28,126 bases of DNA from a virus (Duplodnaviria > Caudoviricetes). A model generated the notes under the pieces. The model was not told the DNA's origin. It made no database searches and worked only from the letters and a program-made list of their open reading frames with translations. Of this stretch, positions 8,887 to 17,095 are shown piece by piece. How positions within the stretch are numbered: the first letter of the stretch is position 1; each line of letters starts with the position of its first letter. Where the stretch lies: positions 1 to 28,126 of IMG/VR virus record IMGVR_UViG_3300020374_000996, one strand, 5' to 3'. The position numbers and the translations under genes are program-made.

Positions 8887-9440
8887 TCTTTAAGTAACGT
8901 CCTTCCAGGATTGTTTGGAAATACACAACAAGGTTGCACATTGTAGAAACTATTGTTTTCTTCACACCATTCTCTTTGGTAATAGTTTCCTTCACTATCT
9001 TTTTCAATCCAAAGTTTATTGTCTAGGTCTATAACAACATTTTCCATATCACGTCCTTCTTGAACATGCGAATGTCGTTGCAGTCTATCTAAATAAAAAC
9101 CATCCTCACTTATACCATATAAAGGCATAGACATATCCCAATCATGTGTATTTTCCCATTCTTTATATTCTTCTTCTGATAATTCTTGTAGATACCACAT
9201 TGGTTCATATGATCCTTTTACTTGTTCTGGATATGTTGCACCTATCCATACTTTTTCTTCTTCCCAAGGATCTTCCTTGTCTGTGCGTACAAAAGAAGTT
9301 ACTAGGTTATCGTTAAAATACTTTTTAATTACTTGCCCACCATCTTCTGTGGTGTAGTATAATTCTTGATTATAGTCGTTATTAAAAATTATAGTTTTTA
9401 GTGTTTTATCTGCTTGATTGTGTGTCCAGTATAGTTCCAT
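8871..9440 (-). CDS. Hypothetical acidic protein
   Basis: 189-aa ORF, TAAATA-N5-ATG start, convergent overlap with queD. Confidence 0.65.
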   Translation of the reverse strand: MELYWTHNQADKTLKTIIFNNDYNQELYYTTEDGGQVIKKYFNDNLVTSFVRTDKEDPWEEEKVWIGATYPEQVKGSYEPMWYLQELSEEEYKEWENTHDWDMSMPLYGISEDGFYLDRLQRHSHVQEGRDMENVVIDLDNKLWIEKDSEGNYYQREWCEENNSFYNVQPCCVFPNNPGRTLLKDYSEE

Positions 9441-9445
9441 ACTGA

Positions 9446-9492
9446 TATTTATTTCAATATGTGTTAATTCATAGTGAAATTACCGATAAATA
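9446..9492. promoter_or_regulatory. Divergent pair of late-type promoters, both leaderless
   Basis: Minus TAAATA 9446-9451 with N5 to ATG 9440; plus TAAATA 9487-9492 with N5 to ATG 9498. Confidence 0.55.
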
Positions 9493-9497
9493 GTTGC

Positions 9498-10904
9498 ATG
9501 TTATTCGGTATATTAACTTTAATAACTGCTCTTGCCATTGCCGGAGTAGCCGCCTGGTTCAGTATTGCTGGACTTATGGCGATTTTCAGTGCCGCCGCTA
9601 TGCCTATAGCGATTATGGCAGGCACACTAGAAGTGGGCAAACTTCTAACAGCAAGTTGGTTATATAGATATTGGAATGAAACTTCATTTACATTGAAGGC
9701 ATATCTGTCGACTGCTGTTTTTATTCTAATGGTTATAACTAGTATGGGTATTTTTGGGTATCTTAGTAAAGCACATTTGGATCAAGCAAGTGAAAGTGGA
9801 GATGCTTTTGCTATTGTAGAACGTATAGATGGGCAAATAGGTAGACAAGAAAATAAAATAGCAACACTAGAAGACCGTATATTGGGCATAGGTGGAACAG
9901 TAGATGTAAGTCAAAGTATAGCACAACAAGAAGATATTAGAGATGGTGCATGGGCAAGAGTACAAGGTGATATAGAATATGCACAAGGACAAATACAAAG
10001 TTTAAGAGACCAACTATCAGTATTAGACAAAGCAGTAAATGACCTAAGAAACAAAGGTGTTGAAGTAATCACAACAGATGAAGGTGGATTATTTCAAGGA
10101 GATACCACAGAAAAGATAGACTATGTTGCACAGGCTAATGACCTTTTCACATCTCAGAAAGACCAACGTGATAGTATTAAAGAAGATATTGATAAACAAC
10201 AAGACAACATTGATGGCTATAGAGCCCAAGCACAAAGAACAATAGATAATGCTAATGCAGAGATTAATAGATTAAGAAACAGTAATACAGAACAGCAAGA
10301 TGCTAATCTTTTGAAGATAGAAGATTACAATGAACAGATAGATGCAATTTATATAGAAATAGCAACACTTAAAGATGAAAAATATGATGCAGAAAGTGTT
10401 GTAAGAACATTAGAAAAAGAAGTAGGACCAATTAAGTATGTAGCACAATTACTTTTTGGAGGAGATAGTGAAGATTTATTAGACAAAGCAGTACAAGTAT
10501 TCATTTTAATGCTTGTCTTTGTGTTTGATCCACTAGCAGTTATGTTAATCATAGCCGCTAACCAAACGTTATTACGTTATGGTATCAACTTAGAGAAAAC
10601 AGGTCCTGATATTAGGGAAGAATTAAAAGAAGTTAATCAGCAACCATTGAAAAGGCAATCAAGCCCACCAAGTGCGGTGGATGATGCCGCAGATGTAATG
10701 TCAGGATATAAACAACCTGCACCGATGATTGTAGAAAAAGAAGTTATTAAAGAAGTACCTGTTGAGGTCATCAGAGAAGTTGAGAAAGTTGTGGAAAAAG
10801 AAGTAGAAGCAGAAATAGATTTAAGTACACCTCCTGCTATTAAGGAATTAGAAAAACGACTGGAAAAGAAACTGAAAAAAGATGACAAAAAAGATAACAG
10901 TTAA
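9498..10904 (+). CDS. Multi-pass membrane protein with long coiled coil
   Basis: About three N-terminal TM helices, heptad-rich middle, TM VFILMLVFVFDPLAVMLIIAAN, VEKEV repeats in the tail; start moved to ATG 9498 because of TAAATA-N5-ATG. Confidence 0.8.
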   Translation: MLFGILTLITALAIAGVAAWFSIAGLMAIFSAAAMPIAIMAGTLEVGKLLTASWLYRYWNETSFTLKAYLSTAVFILMVITSMGIFGYLSKAHLDQASESGDAFAIVERIDGQIGRQENKIATLEDRILGIGGTVDVSQSIAQQEDIRDGAWARVQGDIEYAQGQIQSLRDQLSVLDKAVNDLRNKGVEVITTDEGGLFQGDTTEKIDYVAQANDLFTSQKDQRDSIKEDIDKQQDNIDGYRAQAQRTIDNANAEINRLRNSNTEQQDANLLKIEDYNEQIDAIYIEIATLKDEKYDAESVVRTLEKEVGPIKYVAQLLFGGDSEDLLDKAVQVFILMLVFVFDPLAVMLIIAANQTLLRYGINLEKTGPDIREELKEVNQQPLKRQSSPPSAVDDAADVMSGYKQPAPMIVEKEVIKEVPVEVIREVEKVVEKEVEAEIDLSTPPAIKELEKRLEKKLKKDDKKDNS

Positions 10905-11715
10905 ACAGGCATTAGATAGTTTAAATACAAAGTATGCTAACACATTAATAATGTTAGATGATGCTTTAGATTTAATAGAAGACCTAGAAACGCAATTGGC
11001 TGAAAAGCCTAAGGAGGTGAAAGTTGAGGTCGAAAAGATTGTCACAGTTGAGAAAGAGGTCAAGGTCCCAGAAGAGAAATTGGTCACTATCGAAAAAGAG
11101 GTCCCTGGACCAGAAAGAATCATCGAAGTCCCCGTCGAAGTAATAAAAGAAGTACCAGTTGAAGTAGAACGGATTGTTGAAAAAGAAGTAATCAAAAAAG
11201 TCAAGGTACCAGTTGAAAAAGAAGTAATCAAAGAAGTAGAAAAGATTGTTGAAAAAGAAGTTCCTGTTGAAAAAATTGTACATGTACAAGGACCAGAACG
11301 AGTTGTAGTTAGAACAGACAATAGTGAAATAGATAGACTAACAGCAGAACTAGAAAAACTAGAGAAAAAATTAAAAGTAAAACCTAAAGTTGTTGAAAAA
11401 ATAGTTGAAGTACCTGTGGAAAAAATAGTAGAAGTTCCTGTTGAAATAGTAAAAGAAATAGAAAAAGTAGTTGAAGGCCCAAGACGTCCCAAAGTTATAG
11501 AAAGAGAAGCAACAGGAGATTTACTAGGAGCGGCAACTTTAATAGCAAACAGTGAATTGAATGTAAATGATTTAAGTACTGATGAAGTACTCACTATGCT
11601 TAAAGATTTAAGCCAAGAAGAAGTAAATAAACAGTTAGGGTTCTGGGCAATACCATTACCCAAAGATGGAGATGAAGATCCCACCGATACTAGACAGAGG
11701 TATTTGAAAAAATAA
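10882..11715 (+). CDS. V/E/K/P-rich repeat protein (alveolin/articulin-like repeats)
   Basis: Many VEKIVEVP / EVIKEVP units; overlaps the upstream gene and abuts clpX. Confidence 0.78.
   Translation: MTKKITVKQALDSLNTKYANTLIMLDDALDLIEDLETQLAEKPKEVKVEVEKIVTVEKEVKVPEEKLVTIEKEVPGPERIIEVPVEVIKEVPVEVERIVEKEVIKKVKVPVEKEVIKEVEKIVEKEVPVEKIVHVQGPERVVVRTDNSEIDRLTAELEKLEKKLKVKPKVVEKIVEVPVEKIVEVPVEIVKEIEKVVEGPRRPKVIEREATGDLLGAATLIANSELNVNDLSTDEVLTMLKDLSQEEVNKQLGFWAIPLPKDGDEDPTDTRQRYLKK
11010..11500 (+). repeat. Degenerate coding tandem repeats (VEKIVEVP-type)
   Basis: Recurrent GTTGAAAAA..GAAGT units encoding VEK(I/E)V(E/I)(V/K). Confidence 0.7.
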
Positions 11716-12987
11716 ATGGCAGACACAAAAGACACAGAAAATTTATCGTGTAGTTTTTGCGGTAAAAAACGTTTCGAAGTTAAAAAATTAATTGCAGGCC
11801 CAAATGCATATATTTGTAATGAATGTATATCAATTAGCCATAAGATCCTTAATGATGAAGAGATAACAGAAGACTTCAACTTAGATGAAATCCCAAATCC
11901 AGAAGAAATCAAAACACACCTAGATGAAACTGTAATCAGTCAAGATTATGCCAAAGAAGTATTAAGTGTTTGTGCATATAATCATTATAAAAGAATATAT
12001 TACAGTCAGGAAGATGTAAAAATAGAAAAAAGTAATGTAATCATGTTAGGTGCAACAGGTACAGGTAAAACATTACTGGCATCTACACTAGCAGAATATT
12101 TGAATGTACCGTTTACAATAGCAGATGCTACTACACTCACAGAGGCAGGCTATGTAGGTGAAGATGTAGAAAGTGTTATAGAACGTTTATTAGATGCATG
12201 TGATTGGAACATAGAATTAGCACAAAAAGGTATTGTGTTTATAGATGAAATAGATAAAAAGGCTCGTAGTGGTGAATCTAATGCTAATACAAAAGATATT
12301 AGTGGAGAAGGAGTACAACAAGCATTACTAAGACTTATAGAAGGAACAAGTATTAAAGTACATAATGGTAGCAGTAAACGTAACTTTGATACACTAAATT
12401 TTGATACATCAAATGTGTTGTTTATATGTAGTGGTGCATTTGTAGGTATAGATAAAAAAGTTACTGCAAGAGTCAAAAACAAAAAAGGTGTAGGATTTAA
12501 TGCAGAACTACAAAACAAAAAAGAAAAAACACAATGGCAAGACCATGTAAGTCATGATGATTTAATATCTTATGGATTAATACCAGAATTAATAGGAAGA
12601 TTACCAAATCTAATTACTCTAGAAGACCTTACAGAAGAAGACATGGAAAAAATACTTTTAAACAGTAAAGCAAGTATTTTACCGCAAGTCAAACAGTTAT
12701 TAGAATATGATGATATAGAATTAACATTTGAAAAACAATATATCAAAGACATTGCCAAAATGGCATCAAAACGTAAAACAGGTGCGAGAGGACTTAAATC
12801 CATAGTGGAAAACAGTTTACACAATATTATGTATAGAGCGCCTAAACTCAAGGAAAATGGGGTCAAGAACGTTTTCTTTAAACAATATCCAACAAAATCG
12901 GTTGACAGTTATCCTACATTAGTATATACTAACGGTAATGAAAAGATTGATTCAGATTATAAAATTAAACTTAGAGGTAAAAGTTGA
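11716..12987 (+). CDS. clpX: ATP-dependent Clp protease ATPase subunit ClpX
   Basis: Zn domain CSFC..ICNEC, Walker A GATGTGKT, pore loop GYVG, Walker B FIDEIDK, GEGVQQALL, VGF ClpP-docking loop, TGARGL sensor 2. Confidence 0.95.
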   Translation: MADTKDTENLSCSFCGKKRFEVKKLIAGPNAYICNECISISHKILNDEEITEDFNLDEIPNPEEIKTHLDETVISQDYAKEVLSVCAYNHYKRIYYSQEDVKIEKSNVIMLGATGTGKTLLASTLAEYLNVPFTIADATTLTEAGYVGEDVESVIERLLDACDWNIELAQKGIVFIDEIDKKARSGESNANTKDISGEGVQQALLRLIEGTSIKVHNGSSKRNFDTLNFDTSNVLFICSGAFVGIDKKVTARVKNKKGVGFNAELQNKKEKTQWQDHVSHDDLISYGLIPELIGRLPNLITLEDLTEEDMEKILLNSKASILPQVKQLLEYDDIELTFEKQYIKDIAKMASKRKTGARGLKSIVENSLHNIMYRAPKLKENGVKNVFFKQYPTKSVDSYPTLVYTNGNEKIDSDYKIKLRGKS

Positions 12988-13406
12988 ACAAACCTAGAAA
13001 TAGACAAGGAAATAAAGATTTCACAAAACAGTGGAACAATAAGAGGCGAGATGACAAGCCAAAGAAAGAAGGACATTATTTAGATAAGTTCAAAGCGGCA
13101 GTCGAAGTTAGAAATGGTGATGTTGGTAAAGCATTGCGTATTTTAAAACGTAAGTTGGAAAAATCAGATTTCCAAAAAGAATTAGCAAAGCAACAGTATT
13201 ACGAAAAGCCTAGTGCAAAACGTAATCGTAAAAAGCAACAAGCAGTAAAACGTTGGAACAAATATGTCCGTGATGCTGAAGCACGTGGGGAAATGAAACA
13301 GTATTTACCCACTGGTCAGAAATGGATGAAGTCCAAACGTAAAACAAGGCGTGTTAGAGAATACAACGAGAGAGTTGCTAAGATGCAGAGAAGTCGTGGT
13401 TTTTAA
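12984..13406 (+). CDS. rpsU: 30S ribosomal protein bS21 with N- and C-terminal extensions
   Basis: Core VEVRNGDVGKALRILKRKLEK...YYEKPSAKRNRKKQQAVKRW; TTG start overlapping clpX stop, GAGGT SD. Confidence 0.85.
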   Translation: MNKPRNRQGNKDFTKQWNNKRRDDKPKKEGHYLDKFKAAVEVRNGDVGKALRILKRKLEKSDFQKELAKQQYYEKPSAKRNRKKQQAVKRWNKYVRDAEARGEMKQYLPTGQKWMKSKRKTRRVREYNERVAKMQRSRGF

Positions 13407-14182
13407 TGGACAAGACCGTTGTCATAGTTAGTGGAGGATTCGATCCACTACATTCAGGACATATTAGTTACTTAGAGTCAGCGAAAAGACTAGGACATCA
13501 CTTAGTTGTTGCGTTGAACAGTGACGCATGGTTGACTAGAAAAAAAGGCAGGCCCTTTATGCCATTTGAAGAAAGGGCAGAGATTATTGAAAGACTCGAA
13601 ATGGTAGATACTGTTTGGGGTTTTGATGATAGTGATGGAAGTGCTAAAGCGGCCCTTGAACAAGCCAAGAAGGCTTATACACATCATAACATTATCTTTT
13701 GCAACGGAGGTGACAGAACAAAAGATAACATTCCAGAAATGGAAGTCGAGGGTGTACAGTTTGAATTTGGAGTCGGAGGAGACAACAAAGCAAACAGTAG
13801 CAGTTGGATATTAAAGGAATGGAAATATCCAACAACACGAAGAGTCTGGGGCGAGTTCTCAGACTTGTTTCAGGATGAAGCAGTTCGTGTAAAGGAGTTG
13901 ATAATAGAACCAGGGAAAGGTATAAGTTATCAACGGCACTTTAAAAGAAGTGAAATATGGTTTGTTAGTAAAGGCGAATGCGAAATAAAGTATAGTGCCA
14001 GCAATCCAGATAATTTTACTGTGTTTACACTTAAAGCAGATGATGACTTTCATGTGAAAGCAAATGAATGGCATCAAGTGTATAACATAAAAAAAGAACC
14101 ATGTCATATTATAGAAATACAATATGGCGAAGAAACCACTGAAGACGACATTGAACGTCTTGAGTATTACAACGGAGAATGA
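13406..14182 (+). CDS. Cytidylyltransferase-family protein fused to cupin (mannose-6-P isomerase-like) domain
   Basis: SGGFDPLHSGH, NGGDR, NSSS; C-terminal RVWGEF, ISYQRHFKRSEIW, IIEIQYG. Confidence 0.88.
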   Translation: MDKTVVIVSGGFDPLHSGHISYLESAKRLGHHLVVALNSDAWLTRKKGRPFMPFEERAEIIERLEMVDTVWGFDDSDGSAKAALEQAKKAYTHHNIIFCNGGDRTKDNIPEMEVEGVQFEFGVGGDNKANSSSWILKEWKYPTTRRVWGEFSDLFQDEAVRVKELIIEPGKGISYQRHFKRSEIWFVSKGECEIKYSASNPDNFTVFTLKADDDFHVKANEWHQVYNIKKEPCHIIEIQYGEETTEDDIERLEYYNGE

Positions 14183-14622
14183 TGGAATTGAAAGAGTTAA
14201 ATGAATCTAAAGTATGTGAAATACTGAATGAGATTATTGAATATGAAATGGCTGGTGTAGTAAGATATGCACACAGTTCACTAATGGTAACAGGACCTTA
14301 TAGGATTCCTATTGTAACTTTTTTGCAAGAACAAGCAACAGAAAGTTTGGATCATGCTTTACAGGCTGGCGAACTTATTACAGGACTAAATGGACATCCA
14401 AGTCAAGTAATTGCAAACATAGAAGAATCACATGACCATTCTATTTTAAAAATACTTGAAGAAAGTTTAGAACATGAAACACATGCAGTAAACTTGTATA
14501 AAAAATTGTTACAAGAAGTAGAAGGTGCTAGTGTGTATTTGGAAGAGTATTCTAGAGGACAAATAGGTCAAGAAGAACAACATGCATTAGAAATTAGGAA
14601 AATGCTTAAAGACTTTGCATGA
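14179..14622 (+). CDS. bfr: Ferritin-like protein (bacterioferritin-like)
   Basis: Four-helix diiron pattern E..., ESLDH, E..., EEQH; GHP loop. Confidence 0.75.
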   Translation: MMELKELNESKVCEILNEIIEYEMAGVVRYAHSSLMVTGPYRIPIVTFLQEQATESLDHALQAGELITGLNGHPSQVIANIEESHDHSILKILEESLEHETHAVNLYKKLLQEVEGASVYLEEYSRGQIGQEEQHALEIRKMLKDFA

Positions 14623-14813
14623 AAACAATAAGAGCAACAATACAAATAGAAGTCCCTTACACTAGTGAACTTATGAATTATGGTAGCAAGTTAGATAAGG
14701 AACTTAGGAAAGTTATAGACAATTCAAGTTACATAAGTTGTCATTTACAAGCAGGTGAATTAGAGCCAAATGGAATGCCAACTTTAAGGAACACAGATGA
14801 GATTAAGTTATAA
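14619..14813 (+). CDS. Hypothetical protein
   Basis: ATGA overlap with upstream gene and overlap with downstream gene. Confidence 0.6.
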   Translation: MKTIRATIQIEVPYTSELMNYGSKLDKELRKVIDNSSYISCHLQAGELEPNGMPTLRNTDEIKL

Positions 14814-15243
14814 AGATTGTGGCAAAATAGGATTTACTTGTAGTACATTTGATTTGTTACATGCAGGACATATCACAATGCTTGAAGAAGCAAAAAGAAA
14901 TTGTGATTTCCTTATTGTAGGACTACAAACAGATCCTACAATAGATAGACCAGAAAGTAAAAATCCGCCAGTACAAAGTTTAGTAGAAAGACAAATACAG
15001 TTGGCGGCTGTAAAATATGTAGATGAAATAGTGTGTTATGCAACAGAGCAGGATTTAGAGGATTTACTTTTAACATTGCCTATTAATGTTAGATTGTTAG
15101 GAGTAGAATACAAAGATAAACAATTCACTGGTAAGCAAATATGCAAAGACAGGAATATTAAATTAGTATTCAATGGTAGAGACCATAGTTTTAGCAGTAC
15201 CAGTCTCAGACAGAGAGTTGCAGAACATGAAAATACTTCTTAA
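14797..15243 (+). CDS. Glycerol-3-phosphate cytidylyltransferase-like (TagD family)
   Basis: STFDLLHAGH, LIVGLQTD, YVDE, RDHSFSSTSLR motifs. Confidence 0.88.
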   Translation: MRLSYKDCGKIGFTCSTFDLLHAGHITMLEEAKRNCDFLIVGLQTDPTIDRPESKNPPVQSLVERQIQLAAVKYVDEIVCYATEQDLEDLLLTLPINVRLLGVEYKDKQFTGKQICKDRNIKLVFNGRDHSFSSTSLRQRVAEHENTS

Positions 15244-15652
15244 TCTACTAGAAAGGTGCGGTAGGAAAAGAATAATACTGGACCGAATACACCAAGAACC
15301 ATATCTAACTAGATATTATCTATTTTTAAAAGATAGGAAATGGTTCCCCTTCAACGTTTTTATACACAATTTTCACAAAGGAGATCCAGATGACTTACAT
15401 GACCATCCTTGGAGTTATTGTACTATTATTCTTAGTGGCGGCTATTGGGAGCATACTCCTAAAGGTCGTTTTTGGCGTAAGCCTGGCACTATTAAAGTTG
15501 CTGGTAGCCGTTCCCTTCATCGTATTGAACTTGACCCTAATGTTGATACTTGGACTTTATTTTTTGTAGGTCCACGTATTAGAGAATGGGGATTTATCAA
15601 GAAAAACAAGTGGATTCACAACGAAACGTATTTAGAATCAAAAAAAGGTTGA
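15227..15652 (+). CDS. Cupin-like phage protein
   Basis: YLTRYYL, HNFHKGD.DDLHDHPW, SLHRIEL, WTLFFVGPRIREWGF; second ATG (15227) preferred as start. Confidence 0.72.
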   Translation: MKILLNLLERCGRKRIILDRIHQEPYLTRYYLFLKDRKWFPFNVFIHNFHKGDPDDLHDHPWSYCTIILSGGYWEHTPKGRFWRKPGTIKVAGSRSLHRIELDPNVDTWTLFFVGPRIREWGFIKKNKWIHNETYLESKKG

Positions 15653-15676
15653 CTTTGTGGATAAAAGAAGTATAAT
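15649..15676 (+). promoter_or_regulatory. Sigma70-type promoter with a perfect DnaA box in its spacer
   Basis: TTGACT-16-TATAAT; TGTGGATAA (reverse complement of TTATCCACA) at 15656-15664. Confidence 0.7.
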
Positions 15677-15770
15677 AGTTTATAAGTTAAGGAATTGTCC
15701 TTAGCAGAATAGAAAAGCAATGATAAAATTATATTTTAAAATTGTAAATATGTTGAAATTAGGAGGTCAT

Positions 15771-16034
15771 ATGACTACAACAACATTCGTAAGTAAAGAA
15801 ACTAAAGTTCTAACAGCATTACAAAATGGTGCAGAACTTACTTCTAAGCAAATCGCCGCTAGATTCGGCGCAGGAAACCCACAAGCAGTAATCCAAGCAT
15901 TACGTTTTAAAGGTTTTCCAATTTACCTGAACACTCACAGTGATTCAAAAGGTAGAGTAACCAACAAATACAGATTAGGTACTGCTTCAAGAGAAGTTAT
16001 TGCCGCTGGTTACCAAGCACTTGCCAATTCGTAA
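15771..16034 (+). CDS. Small winged helix-turn-helix DNA-binding protein
   Basis: VLTALQNGAELTSKQIAARFG..NPQAVIQALRFKGFPIY...KYRLG; AGGAGG SD at 15761-15766 supports ATG 15771. Confidence 0.75.
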   Translation: MTTTTFVSKETKVLTALQNGAELTSKQIAARFGAGNPQAVIQALRFKGFPIYLNTHSDSKGRVTNKYRLGTASREVIAAGYQALANS

Positions 16035-16061
16035 GCAAGACAAATAACCGTAAGGTTAAAT

Positions 16062-16091
16062 AAAAAAGCACACTTAGGTGTGCTTTTTTTT
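16062..16091 (+). terminator. Rho-independent terminator (possibly bidirectional)
   Basis: AAAAAAGCACAC-TTAG-GTGTGC-T8. Confidence 0.88.
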
Positions 16092-16257
16092 GAGTTGAAA
16101 AATGTCCAAAAGTAAGTGAAAGAAAATTGGATTAAATGTTGTCTTCTGTTTAATATTTTTATGGACAGAAGGCAACATAGAGTTAATTCGATTTAACAGA
16201 CGCAGAGAAAAAACTGCCGAAGTGCAAATTTTGGAGGATAATGACTCACAGGTTGAT

Positions 16258-16299
16258 TGTGAATAACCTGTGGATAAGTTGTTAATAATATCTGAATAA
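16258..16299 (-). promoter_or_regulatory. Array of four DnaA-box-like 9-mers at 11-bp period
   Basis: TGTGAATAA(16258), TGTGGATAA(16269), TGTTAATAA(16280), TCTGAATAA(16291); reverse complements match TTWTNCACA with 0, 0, 1 and 1 mismatches. Confidence 0.65.
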
Positions 16300-16303
16300 A
16301 AGG

Positions 16304-16332
16304 TTGACTTCTTCCTTATAATTCTATATAAT
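16304..16332 (+). promoter_or_regulatory. Sigma70-type promoter of porin gene
   Basis: TTGACT-17-TATAAT. Confidence 0.8.
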
Positions 16333-16408
16333 AGTAGATTACTGTGACAAAACAGGCAGTTTTTCTGTCTGTTGTTATCAGTATATAATAATAAAAAAGG
16401 AGGAATAA

Positions 16409-17053
16409 ATGAAGAATTTATTCAACATTGAGAATGTATATAAGGCTTTAGTAATTATACTATTGTCTGTTATGGCATTCGGAGCCCAAGCGGCTTCAGT
16501 GAGCGGAAGTGTTGGTTACGGAAGTGACTACATTTTCAGAGGGCAATCTCAAACAGAAGGAGATAGTGCTTTATCTATGGGTCTTGAATTAGACGCAGGA
16601 AAAGGTATCTATGCTGGAGTTTGGGCATCAGAAGTTTCTTATGCTGGCAGTGATGCTGACAGAGAAACTGACCTATATGTAGGTTGGGCTGGATCAATCG
16701 GCAATGACATTAGTCTTGACGTTGGTTACATCGACTATGCATATAGTGGTGATGCATCTTTAGATGGATCAGAGATTTATATCTCAGGTACATACAAAGA
16801 CTTGACTATATCTCACAACATCGGAAACGATGACTTCACAGACTACACAGAAGTCTCATATAACGTAATGGACGCAGTTGATGTGTCTTATGGTTCTTGG
16901 GATAGTGTAGGCGACAATTGGTCAGTAAGTAGAAGTTTTGATTTACCAGCAGGTATTGAAGGAACAGTTGCTTATGTGGACTTTGCCGCTGAAGACGGCT
17001 CAGGACTTGCAGACGAAGATACATTTGTATTTTCAGTCAGCAAATCATTCTAA
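16409..17053 (+). CDS. TorF-family putative porin / outer-membrane beta-barrel (TIGR02001-like)
   Basis: Signal peptide ending AQA, SDYIFRGQSQT, YAGVWAS, ETDLYVG, DVGYIDYAY, C-terminal Phe; AGGAGG SD. Confidence 0.85.
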   Translation: MKNLFNIENVYKALVIILLSVMAFGAQAASVSGSVGYGSDYIFRGQSQTEGDSALSMGLELDAGKGIYAGVWASEVSYAGSDADRETDLYVGWAGSIGNDISLDVGYIDYAYSGDASLDGSEIYISGTYKDLTISHNIGNDDFTDYTEVSYNVMDAVDVSYGSWDSVGDNWSVSRSFDLPAGIEGTVAYVDFAAEDGSGLADEDTFVFSVSKSF

Positions 17054-17095
17054 CATTAGTTAGATAAGTCCTTTTAAGTTATTAATAACATAGTT

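Noticed and set aside
10848-11912. 354-aa minus-strand ORF
   Set aside because: S/T/F-rich antisense shadow of the VEK-repeat gene
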